The notes under the pieces are model-generated. The model was given only the letters and a program-made list of their open reading frames with translations. It made no database searches and was not told where the DNA came from. DNA of 64,000 nt, from positions 1,114 through 65,113 of the forward strand of contig JAFYUU010000019.1 of NCBI GenBank assembly GCA_017549445.1, read 5' to 3'. This DNA comes from Alphaproteobacteria bacterium (GTDB lineage: Bacteria; Pseudomonadota; Alphaproteobacteria; Rs-D84). The stretch's first letter is position 1. Each line of letters opens with the position of its first letter. A program made the position numbers and the translations under genes. Of the stretch, positions 8,869-17,095 are shown piece after piece.

Positions 8869-10098
8869 ATGAGCGAAGAAAACAAGAAAGAAACACAAAA
8901 TCAATCCACAGGCGCTATGCTAAATATCCCTGTGCCCGCCCCATGGGACGAACCAGTGGATGGTAATAAACTTTTGGAGGATCTGTTGCGTGCCTATAAG
9001 AGTTATGTTGTTTTGCCTACCTATGGGGGACCTACCCTGGCGTTGTGGACATTATACACATACGGATTTCAGCATTTTGAATTTTCCCCACGCCTGGCGA
9101 TCACATCACCGGAAAAGCGATGCGGAAAAAGCACTCTGCTAATCATGTTGGAAATATTGACCCATAAAGCGTTAACCGCTTCTAACATTTCAACAGCATC
9201 AATATATCGCGTAATAGAATTGGAACAACCAACACTTTTGCTGGATGAAGCGGATACATTTCTGCGGCGCGAACCGGAAATGGCGGGCATCTTAAATGCA
9301 GGGCATCGTGTAGGCGGTCAAACAATTCGCACAGAATACCGCGGCAGACAAGCTGTCCCCACATGCTTTAAATGCTTTTCGCCATGTGCGATTGCTGCGA
9401 TTAACAAGAAATCGCTGCCCGAACCGCTGCTAGACCGCTCTATCTGTATCCAGATGCGCCGAAAGACGGTAGATGAACATGTCGAAAGGTTGCGAACTCG
9501 AGTGGCCGAGCAACAATTCTACGACCTGCGCCGTAAATGTGTTCGCTTTATGAGTGATTTTGGCGAAGAAATCGCGCGCCTAACACCAGAGATTCCAGAC
9601 GAGCTGTCCAGCCGTGCAGCAGACAACTGGGAACCTTTGCTAGCAATTGCAGATTTCGTAGGTGGAATATGGCCTAAAATTGCAAGAAACGCTGCGATTG
9701 GACTTATTGATAAAAGCGACCCAGACGACGAAAATCTGGGGACGCAATTATTGCTGGACATCCGTCAAATATTTGCGAACTATCCGAACGAAAATATAAA
9801 CTCAGCATTGCTGTGCGAAAAGCTGGCAGAAATCCCAGAAAGCCCATGGGCGGAATACGGATATCGGCACGAGCGCATAAACCCGCGCCAGGTCGCAAAG
9901 AGGCTACGCGAATACAATATACAGTCTGTCAACGTACGATTTGGACATCAGGTTGTCAAGGGTTACCGGATAGTGGATTTTCAAGAAGCCTTTGCTCGAT
10001 ACCTACCCAAAATTGACCGCGACACCGCTACAATCCCAGAAAATGAATCGGATCACGTAGCGGCAATAGAGGCCGCATTCGCTACAATAAACATATAG
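8869..10098 (+). CDS. DUF3631-like P-loop ATPase (replication/mobilisation-associated)
   Basis: 409 aa with Walker A KRCGKST and Walker B LLLDEAD. Proteins of this type are common next to AlpA in P4-like islands. Confidence 0.6.
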   Translation: MSEENKKETQNQSTGAMLNIPVPAPWDEPVDGNKLLEDLLRAYKSYVVLPTYGGPTLALWTLYTYGFQHFEFSPRLAITSPEKRCGKSTLLIMLEILTHKALTASNISTASIYRVIELEQPTLLLDEADTFLRREPEMAGILNAGHRVGGQTIRTEYRGRQAVPTCFKCFSPCAIAAINKKSLPEPLLDRSICIQMRRKTVDEHVERLRTRVAEQQFYDLRRKCVRFMSDFGEEIARLTPEIPDELSSRAADNWEPLLAIADFVGGIWPKIARNAAIGLIDKSDPDDENLGTQLLLDIRQIFANYPNENINSALLCEKLAEIPESPWAEYGYRHERINPRQVAKRLREYNIQSVNVRFGHQVVKGYRIVDFQEAFARYLPKIDRDTATIPENESDHVAAIEAAFATINI

Positions 10099-10312
10099 TA
10101 AATCAGGCATGTAGCGTTGTTGCGTATAAGAAGGGGCAGACGATCCAGTTTGCCCCAACAAAACAAAGCACCAAAAATTCCCCGCATGTGTCTTTTTTCA
10201 CAATTTTTGCCAACTAATACAATTCCTTCAAAAACTCATCCCAGGACACGTCGTTATCACATGACTTTCTGCACACTTGTTCTTTATTCTGTTCTATTTC
10301 TTGAACTGTTTT

Positions 10313-12847
10313 TTATGGCTGTTCGACAAGCTCTTTATAATCACAGCTAGTATAGTTGCCGGGTTTGTAATTACTACACCCATAAAAATCTTTGCCGTAT
10401 TGACTTTTATGATATATCAAATATCCAGAACACTTCGGGCATTTACGTATTTTACGCCCTGCACCAAACTTTTTTATATATTCTGACGTTGAAATTTCGT
10501 TCCAAAATAAACTCGGATTTTTTGCTGGCACAACCAAATAGCATATTTTCTGTGCACGTGTTAATGCAACGTAGAACAGTCGTCGCTCTTCTGCGTATGG
10601 ATATCTATCCAGCTTTACCAATAATTCAGACAGCAACTTATCATCCATTATTTGATTTGGAAAACCTAACGGTCCTGATTCCACGTTTAATATTATAACT
10701 ATATCGGCCTGCAATCCCTTGGCTTTGTGTACAGTCGATACTTCAAATTGCAATTCCGGATACCCTTTATGGCGCAAAAACGCGTCTTTCCCATCGTCTC
10801 CCTGTAATTCCCATTCAAGTTCCATGCTTTCCTTTCTAAAGATTTCCAGATCGGATTTGTTGCGTATCAACAGCATAATCTTTGGATTTTTCTTGAAGGT
10901 TTTTGGATCGGATTTGATTTGCTCTACAATATCATTTACAATATCTGTTAATCCAGTGCTATGACACCCATCAGTTGGACATATAAAGGCTTTAATTTGT
11001 GTTTGATAGTCTGAATGCGAATTTAATTTTTTGCGTTTTTGGTATGGATTTTTCTGCACAAAATCACCAGCTAGGTCAACTAAGTTCTGCCCACTCCGGA
11101 ATGTATCTTCTATAAAATATTCTTTATGATCTGGGAAATATTCTTCAAAGTTTACAAAGAAACGCAAATCCCCACCATTAAATCTATAGATTGACTGCCA
11201 GTCGTCCCCAACACAAAAACAATATGTGTCTGTTTGTTTTTGAATTGCGCGGATTAAATCGCATCTGTCCTTGGCAACATCCTGAAATTCATCAATTAAA
11301 ATATATTTATAATTGCTTAAATGCTCACCAGAAATGACTGCACCGGTTGCACTACGTATCATATCTGAAAAATCAATCAGATTATATTGAGATAAATATT
11401 CGTTATATTGTTTATAAAAAACTTTAAACAGATTAAAAAATACATCTATGCGTTTGCGGTCAAATTCGGACGATTGCTGTAATGTCCGGCCTTGCAATTC
11501 GTTTAAATCGCGTTCTGTCGCGTATCCGTTGGATTTAAACAGACTTAAGAAACGCCCCATTAAACTTGCTAAACTGGACATACCACGCTGTTGTATTAGT
11601 TGCTTAACAACGTCTCTCTTTTGTTCCTGTGTCAGGGGACGCAATTCAACCCCAAAGGCAATCAATTTTTGTTTTAGATTTGTGGCAAGGGCGTGTTGAT
11701 AAAACTCATACAAATGTAAATCTATGACCTTTGCGCCGTCCTTTTTATAATTCGCCTGTTTTATTTCTTTATCAGCAATATATTTGTATGCTTTGTTTCT
11801 GTCCTTTAACCACGGCACAGAATTGTTTTCCATTACCCCCCAATGCTCAATCCAAATATCATATTCTGGCAAATAAAAATCGGGGTTACAGACTGTATTA
11901 CCTGCCTTATCCTGATATGGGTGTTCATATATATACTCGATTCCATTTTCAAACAGCCAATTTGCGATCAAAACCTCGGGTTCACTTTTGAATTTCTCTG
12001 CCTTATTCATACCACGTTTGCGTTTGATTAACATGCTTTTGATACTCTCAAAAGACAAACTATCCAAATACGCAGCATAATCACCCTGATTTCCAAACTC
12101 TTCAAACGACAAGAAACTATCTTTATAGTAGGCGAACCAGCGATACAAATCATCCTGCACCCCTGTATCGTTTGTATTTAGAAAATCCATTATCAGGGCT
12201 TTTGTTTTTTGATCGTCTAACACCCCCACCCGTGAACCATTTATTTTTTCTAAAATTCCCTTTCCCAACTTATGAAATGTTTGGGCAATCTCTGGCATAT
12301 TGTGTGTTTTTAACTTTTGGTTTAAATCGTCGGCTGTATCGTTCGTAAAAGACAGTAATAAAATCTCATTTGCTGATGCCTTGCCCGATGCAAGCAAATA
12401 TGCAACCTTACCCAATATTGTGGTACTTTTTCCGCATCCCGCCCCAGCAACAACCAATGCGTTTTTTTCTTCGTTATATACGGCGTTTTGTTGCTGCTCA
12501 GTTAGTTTAGCTAACGCAGACAGGTGACCATATTTTGATTTTTGGCTATCTACAAACATCTCATTACGCTTTTCTACCAGAATAAAACTATGTCTTTTGG
12601 CTTCTTCTATTTTACTTTTATAAAATGTATACCATGATGATGTTGCAGCGGTATTATCACGAACATATTTTAATAAATTATCCCACTCGTTATGGAACTG
12701 TTTAATTTGTTTTGCTGGTATATATTCCAGGTCCTGTATGCTTTGTAGTATTATTTCTTTGGATTTTTCTAGCAGGTTGCCGAATGAAATAGATGGCACG
12801 GATTCAAACTCAAAACTTTTATCTGTATCGGACCAATAACCAGCCAT
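10313..12847 (-). CDS. SF1 UvrD/Rep/helicase IV-like helicase with internal PD-(D/E)xK-like insert and C-terminal zinc ribbon
   Basis: 844 aa. Walker A AGAGCGKST (aa 134-142). Motif II ILIDEFQD. Also VGDDWQSIYRF, TVHKAKGLQAD and RRLFYVALTRA. The insert EPEVLIANWLFENGIEY...NPDFYLPEYDIWIEHWG spans aa 289-336. The C-terminus reads CPKCSGYL...YGCSNY...SCDY. Confidence 0.8.
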   Translation of the reverse strand: MAGYWSDTDKSFEFESVPSISFGNLLEKSKEIILQSIQDLEYIPAKQIKQFHNEWDNLLKYVRDNTAATSSWYTFYKSKIEEAKRHSFILVEKRNEMFVDSQKSKYGHLSALAKLTEQQQNAVYNEEKNALVVAGAGCGKSTTILGKVAYLLASGKASANEILLLSFTNDTADDLNQKLKTHNMPEIAQTFHKLGKGILEKINGSRVGVLDDQKTKALIMDFLNTNDTGVQDDLYRWFAYYKDSFLSFEEFGNQGDYAAYLDSLSFESIKSMLIKRKRGMNKAEKFKSEPEVLIANWLFENGIEYIYEHPYQDKAGNTVCNPDFYLPEYDIWIEHWGVMENNSVPWLKDRNKAYKYIADKEIKQANYKKDGAKVIDLHLYEFYQHALATNLKQKLIAFGVELRPLTQEQKRDVVKQLIQQRGMSSLASLMGRFLSLFKSNGYATERDLNELQGRTLQQSSEFDRKRIDVFFNLFKVFYKQYNEYLSQYNLIDFSDMIRSATGAVISGEHLSNYKYILIDEFQDVAKDRCDLIRAIQKQTDTYCFCVGDDWQSIYRFNGGDLRFFVNFEEYFPDHKEYFIEDTFRSGQNLVDLAGDFVQKNPYQKRKKLNSHSDYQTQIKAFICPTDGCHSTGLTDIVNDIVEQIKSDPKTFKKNPKIMLLIRNKSDLEIFRKESMELEWELQGDDGKDAFLRHKGYPELQFEVSTVHKAKGLQADIVIILNVESGPLGFPNQIMDDKLLSELLVKLDRYPYAEERRLFYVALTRAQKICYLVVPAKNPSLFWNEISTSEYIKKFGAGRKIRKCPKCSGYLIYHKSQYGKDFYGCSNYKPGNYTSCDYKELVEQP

Positions 12848-12853
12848 AAATAA

Positions 12854-12981
12854 TCTCCCTTAGCAAAACAATAACCGCCATGGGAATTATGGCGGTCGGG
12901 AGAGTTCGTAAATCATATTTCGCAAATGATTCCGGCTGTCTTTGGAATAATCCTGTTATATAACAGACAGCTCCCCGACCG
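12854..12981 (-). promoter_or_regulatory. structured 5' leader of the helicase gene with SD / anti-SD / anti-anti-SD complementarities
   Basis: The SD GGGAGA is the reverse complement of 12854-12859. The anti-SD UCUCCC is the reverse complement of 12898-12903. An 8-bp hairpin lies at 12874-12896. The distal segment 12971-12981 is complementary to 12893-12902. Confidence 0.3.
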
Positions 12982-13212
12982 ATATAGTCAGGGTATAACG
13001 GCACAATTTGCACCATTAACGGAATAACGATGCAAAATCGCACCGTGCGAAATAAGGCTTACGACAGCCCCGAATCCAACTCCCATCGGATTCAATGTGA
13101 ATTATAGCAGATATCGATATAGAATGTCAACAAAATCTATAACATCTTGTTGTTTTTATTCCTTTTATTTGCTATATCATTTTTTAAATAGCAATTAATT
13201 ATAGGACCGACC

Positions 13213-14328
13213 ATGACATTCGTAAAAGACATCGAATTAAATTTGCTGGAAAACAATGCTGATTTACTGAACGGTAAACCATATGCAGAAGCATTAAAAA
13301 ATACAATTCTTCAGAACACACAAAGTAATGAATCTATGGTTGTTGGTTTGCTGGGCGAATGGGGAAGCGGGAAATCTACAATTATAAAAACCGCTGAAGA
13401 AATGATTAAAAAATCTAACAAAAATATTAAGTTTATTAAATACGATGCGTGGAAGTATAAAAAAGACGGTTTTCGTAGAACTTTTTTACTACAAATTCAA
13501 CAATCTCTAGGTCTAAACTCAAATAATTTAATTGATAAGCTGTATTCTAATGAATCACGAGACACTTCCATCAAACACAAAATCAGTTATGCTCGCGTTG
13601 GTTGGTTGGTTTTATTTCTAAGCGCATTATCATTCGTTATTTATTACCTTGCAGGAATAAATATTTTTTCTGCACTTGTCGCTTCATTTATTACGACTAC
13701 ACCTATAATCCCATTAGTAAACGCAAGCTTTAACTGTCTGGACGCATTCAAAACAAGCAAACAAACGCCATTATTGTTTTCTGCGGAGCAATTTGAAGAA
13801 TTTTTCGATGAAATGATAACAAAAGAAACAACTAAGAACCCAAAAATCGTTATTACAATTGATAACATTGATCGATGCGATGCAGAAACCGCTTATTCGC
13901 TACTAAGCGACATTAAAACATTTTTAATTAACAACCCCAAAGTTGTTTTTGTTATTCCTGTGGATGATAACGCCCTTTACCAACACCTGAATAAAGTTTT
14001 TAATTATCAACGTAAACACGCTGGGGAATTTTTGAGAAAAATATTTAATGTTGAAATTAAAATTAAACACTTCGAGGAAATAGAATTGTTTGATTTTGCT
14101 AGCAATTTAAACAAAAAATATAAATTAGGCCTATCTCCTGATGCAATCAGCATAATTTCTAGCGAGTATGCCTCGAACCCTCGTCGCATAATACAATTTT
14201 GCAACAATCTAGAATGTGAAATTTCCGTATTGCTATCAAACGGACTTTTGCCAGCAGAGATCGACAGTCTAAAAAAACATGATATGCAAATTATTGATTA
14301 TAAGGGAAGAATGGCCAGATTACTATAA
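13213..14328 (+). CDS. KAP-family P-loop NTPase, N-terminal part (reading frame broken at an A7 tract)
   Basis: Walker A GEWGSGKST. Two TM helices (GWLVLFLSALSFVIYYLAG / IFSALVASFITTTPIIPLV) are inserted before the Walker B IVITIDNIDRCD, which is the KAP hallmark. Confidence 0.8.
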   Translation: MTFVKDIELNLLENNADLLNGKPYAEALKNTILQNTQSNESMVVGLLGEWGSGKSTIIKTAEEMIKKSNKNIKFIKYDAWKYKKDGFRRTFLLQIQQSLGLNSNNLIDKLYSNESRDTSIKHKISYARVGWLVLFLSALSFVIYYLAGINIFSALVASFITTTPIIPLVNASFNCLDAFKTSKQTPLLFSAEQFEEFFDEMITKETTKNPKIVITIDNIDRCDAETAYSLLSDIKTFLINNPKVVFVIPVDDNALYQHLNKVFNYQRKHAGEFLRKIFNVEIKIKHFEEIELFDFASNLNKKYKLGLSPDAISIISSEYASNPRRIIQFCNNLECEISVLLSNGLLPAEIDSLKKHDMQIIDYKGRMARLL

Positions 14329-16153
14329 CTGTATTTCAAAAGATTATAGATTACTAAATACATATGAACCGAAAAAAATTGAAGAAACATATCCAAACGT
14401 AGAGAATAAAGCAGAACGACAAGGCTTAGACAATTTTTTGCAACGCACTAGTGTATTCGCGTATATAGACGATGAGCGACAACTGGAAAAAATCGTCTCA
14501 AACAATTCGGTCTTTAATTCTATTCCTCTCGAGATTAGGCACGCCGTCCTACATTACGATGAATCTCAAATAAAAAATTACATATCTTTAGATGAAAACA
14601 ACTCAACAATTTTATTGAACTTTATTATTGAACGCCTAAGAGTGGAAGCTCTGAGAAAAACGTGGAATACAGGTTTCCTAACACTATTTAAAACTATTCT
14701 GTACATAAATAACATATCACATATATCAACAACGTCCAACTCTGGGATACAGTTGGAACTCAGGGGAAAAATCCATAATATAATTGACGGATTATTTAAA
14801 CAGCCACAACATATCCTGGATAATTTTATTAAATATTTAAACGATCTATCAGATCAAAAAAAGGACTATTTGATTCGCGATATGATAAACAACTATTTCA
14901 CGCCAGAAATTCTCCACACAACACCTCCCAGTAAAATTGCTATGGATGCGTATAAGACAACCATAACAGGCATAAAAAACACAAGCTTTTTCTCATCATA
15001 TAAGAAATTGTTCAACTCTTGGTATACCAATTCAAAACTATTATTAAAGGATCTAAATATAGAAAATCTAGATGACTTTATTTCTCAAGAATCTCTTGAA
15101 AAGCTTATTGAAGAAATTTCTTTTAGCAATCTAGAAAGACTTCACGATTTTATATATGCAGTTCAAAACATGTCGCATATTCCCGAACAAACTTATGAAG
15201 TTTTTTTCAAAAAACTCTATTCAATAACGCCACAGTACAATGTTCCAAATCAACAAGCGGTTATAGAAAGTTTTAAAATAGCTGTAACTATTTTAAAAAC
15301 AATAAAAAGAGACGATTTGATAATTACTTCATTAGACTCGTATATTACAAATACTACAAAGGACGTCCGAGCATACTCCTACTCTAGCGTACCCCTATTA
15401 TGCATATCTAATAATACGTCTAAAGAAGAAGACAAACGTACCGTATTAGAGTTCCTATCCATAGCATATAAACACACATCAAAGATCGATCTTATCGTTA
15501 AACAACTAAAGGCATTTGTGGCAAAATATACAGACGATAAAGATCTCGTCCTTAATGCTTTGATGCATGCAAATATAAATAATGATTTATCTCCGCTAAT
15601 AGACATTATATTTGGTGGTGAAGCTTATTCAGATGCTTACATATACTGGATTAAGAAACTAACCTTATTAACAGAAGGAAACAAACCGTGTGTGGATGAC
15701 GAAGTTTTGACAAAAGAAATCAAACATATTTTATCATCAATTTTATACATACAAGATACAGACACAGTAGAATCTTTGAATAACCTGTTGGAATTTTTAG
15801 TAGAAAAACGAGGACTCACTTCATCTGCAGCAATTGTTAGCAAGGTTGAAAATGCAGGAAGCAATTTGATTATAAAGTTATCAAACGCTTTAAAAATACT
15901 GGTTTTAGATAAAATTTGCGAGAATATGACCTCCTATGAGCACAATAATGACATTTTAAAATTAATTGCTGTACACGGAAGTAAAACGCAAATTGCATCA
16001 CTTATGCAAGTCATTTTAAAAAAGATTGTTGATGAACGAGATGAAGCAATAGAGATATATAATCAAATTCCTGAAAAATTTATAACAGCACAACACAAAA
16101 AGAAAATTAGGCCATACTTGGAAGAAGATAATGACTCACAAGTAGAAAAGTAA
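14279..16153 (+). CDS. C-terminal part of the KAP-family NTPase (+1 frame relative to 13213..14328)
   Basis: 624 aa. It begins ...KLLIIREEWPDYYN, which continues the KAP core. It overlaps the upstream ORF by 50 nt. Removing one A from 14271-14277 fuses the two into about 980 aa. Confidence 0.65.
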   Translation: MICKLLIIREEWPDYYNCISKDYRLLNTYEPKKIEETYPNVENKAERQGLDNFLQRTSVFAYIDDERQLEKIVSNNSVFNSIPLEIRHAVLHYDESQIKNYISLDENNSTILLNFIIERLRVEALRKTWNTGFLTLFKTILYINNISHISTTSNSGIQLELRGKIHNIIDGLFKQPQHILDNFIKYLNDLSDQKKDYLIRDMINNYFTPEILHTTPPSKIAMDAYKTTITGIKNTSFFSSYKKLFNSWYTNSKLLLKDLNIENLDDFISQESLEKLIEEISFSNLERLHDFIYAVQNMSHIPEQTYEVFFKKLYSITPQYNVPNQQAVIESFKIAVTILKTIKRDDLIITSLDSYITNTTKDVRAYSYSSVPLLCISNNTSKEEDKRTVLEFLSIAYKHTSKIDLIVKQLKAFVAKYTDDKDLVLNALMHANINNDLSPLIDIIFGGEAYSDAYIYWIKKLTLLTEGNKPCVDDEVLTKEIKHILSSILYIQDTDTVESLNNLLEFLVEKRGLTSSAAIVSKVENAGSNLIIKLSNALKILVLDKICENMTSYEHNNDILKLIAVHGSKTQIASLMQVILKKIVDERDEAIEIYNQIPEKFITAQHKKKIRPYLEEDNDSQVEK

Positions 16154-16187
16154 CTTGGGGGACCTAGGGTAGCGGCTTACAAAACTG

Positions 16188-16238
16188 TAAATTTCCGTCG
16201 TTCGTAACCCGCTAACGCGGTGTCACGACGGAAATTTA
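16188..16238. repeat. 14-bp perfect inverted repeat (hairpin) after the KAP gene
   Basis: TAAATTTCCGTCGT (16188-16201) and ACGACGGAAATTTA (16225-16238), with a 23-nt loop. No T-run follows. Confidence 0.6.
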
Positions 16239-16317
16239 TGCTCTTAGCATCCAATCAAACAAACATGAAATTGGTGTTTGATTTTTGCTTAGCTTTATGT
16301 ATAATTACTAAGAAATT

Positions 16318-16394
16318 GCACCCATGGCCTAACTGGATATGGCGCGTCCCTCCGAAGGACGAGGTTACAGGTTCGAATCCTGTTGGGTGCGCCA
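16318..16394 (+). tRNA. tRNA-Arg(CCG), intact island-borne copy
   Basis: GCACCCA TG GCCT..TGGC G CGTCC CTCCGAA GGACG AGGTT ACAGG TTCGAAT CCTGT TGGGTGC G CCA. Total 77 nt. The acceptor stem matches the split tRNA, and the D, anticodon and T stems carry compensatory changes. Confidence 0.9.
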
Positions 16395-16431
16395 AAAACT
16401 TGCTAAAGTTTTATCTGACTTTATCTAAAAA

Positions 16432-16450
16432 GTTAGCCATAGGTTAGCCA
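16432..16450 (+). repeat. two direct GTTAGCCA repeats (second arm of the att region)
   Basis: GTTAGCCATAGGTTAGCCA is identical to 6607-6625. Confidence 0.55.
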
Positions 16451-16535
16451 GATAGTTTTAGCGACAAACAAGCACCCGCCATAACTTGCGGAAAACTGGG
16501 AATTTTATAAAGTGTAAGTGTTATAAGTCCTGAAA

Positions 16536-16580
16536 CTCCGAAGGTGAAGATTGTGGGTTCGAATCCCGCTGGGTGCGCCA
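16536..16580 (+). pseudogene. 3' half of disrupted chromosomal tRNA-Arg(CCG), attR junction
   Basis: CTCCGAA-GGTGA AGATT GTGGG TTCGAAT CCCGC TGGGTGC G CCA. GGTGA pairs with TCACC at 6473-6477. Joined to 6446..6484 it gives a 77-nt cloverleaf. Confidence 0.8.
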
Positions 16581-16611
16581 CTTGTTTTTCTGACCAAAAG
16601 GGGTCAAAAAT

Positions 16612-17064
16612 ATGCGTATTTTCCCGATTTTATTATCTGTTTCAATGCTGACGGCATGCAACAGTGTTTATATGCAACCCAATTCAATGGAACGAGAATC
16701 CGTTGTTTATTCAACCAAGGGCGGATATACACTGCGACCCGTGGTTAAAGAGATTATGGCACAGCGTGGATACACGGTTAAAATTGGCAAAATAAAAAAC
16801 ACTAATCAAATTGCAGAAACAATGGGTCAGGAATTTGAGGCAATAGAAAATCCGTCTGATGCAAAATATATTGTTCGTGTTGCAGAAAGTAGTGAAAAAT
16901 TCCGCCCAATTTGGTGTGCATTAAACGGATTTTGGTGGTGGCGATTTAATATGTCAATTGTTGACAATGAATCAGACCAAGAAATTCTGACGTGGTCGGG
17001 TCGGGGTTGTGCGTCCAGCACCGCCAGATTGTTCGAAAGAATATTAAATGAATTGGAAAAATAA
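16612..17064 (+). CDS. lipoprotein, function unknown
   Basis: 150 aa with the lipobox MRIFPILLSVSMLTAC. Confidence 0.6.
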   Translation: MRIFPILLSVSMLTACNSVYMQPNSMERESVVYSTKGGYTLRPVVKEIMAQRGYTVKIGKIKNTNQIAETMGQEFEAIENPSDAKYIVRVAESSEKFRPIWCALNGFWWWRFNMSIVDNESDQEILTWSGRGCASSTARLFERILNELEK

Positions 17065-17066
17065 AA

Positions 17067-17092
17067 ACCGCCCTAAATGGGGCGATTTTTTT
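17067..17092. terminator. bidirectional terminator
   Basis: CGCCC-TAAATG-GGGCG hairpin flanked by AAAAA and TTTTTTT, between convergent genes. Confidence 0.6.
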
Positions 17093-17095
17093 GAT

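Larger units (their letters stand above)
6478..16542 (+). mobile_element. ~10.06-kb integrative genomic island in the anticodon loop of tRNA-Arg(CCG)
   Basis: Split tRNA halves flank the element and are bounded by the CTCCGAA direct repeat. A P4-type integrase sits at the left end, with arm-type repeats at both ends. An AlpA-like HTH and a DUF3631 ATPase are present. The cargo is AT-rich. Confidence 0.8.

Noticed and set aside
10133-10156. GGGGCA...TGCCCC hairpin after the DUF3631 gene as a terminator.
   Set aside because: There is no T-run on the + strand. It lies 160 nt from the helicase stop on the minus strand. The evidence is insufficient.
12848-13212. Considered a retron msr/msd-like or other defence ncRNA in the structured helicase-KAP spacer. 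Also considered the 74-aa ORF 12819..13043.
   Set aside because: There is no reverse transcriptase or other RNA-dependent partner in the island. The hairpins are adequately explained as a helicase leader. The ORF has no RBS, overlaps the helicase start and has an implausible composition.
16220-16748. ORFs 16220..16447 and 16551..16748.
   Set aside because: They read straight through the island tRNA-Arg, the GTTAGCCA repeats and the tRNA 3' half (GSNPVGCAK and WVRIPLGAP are translated T-arms). The second ORF starts at TTG.
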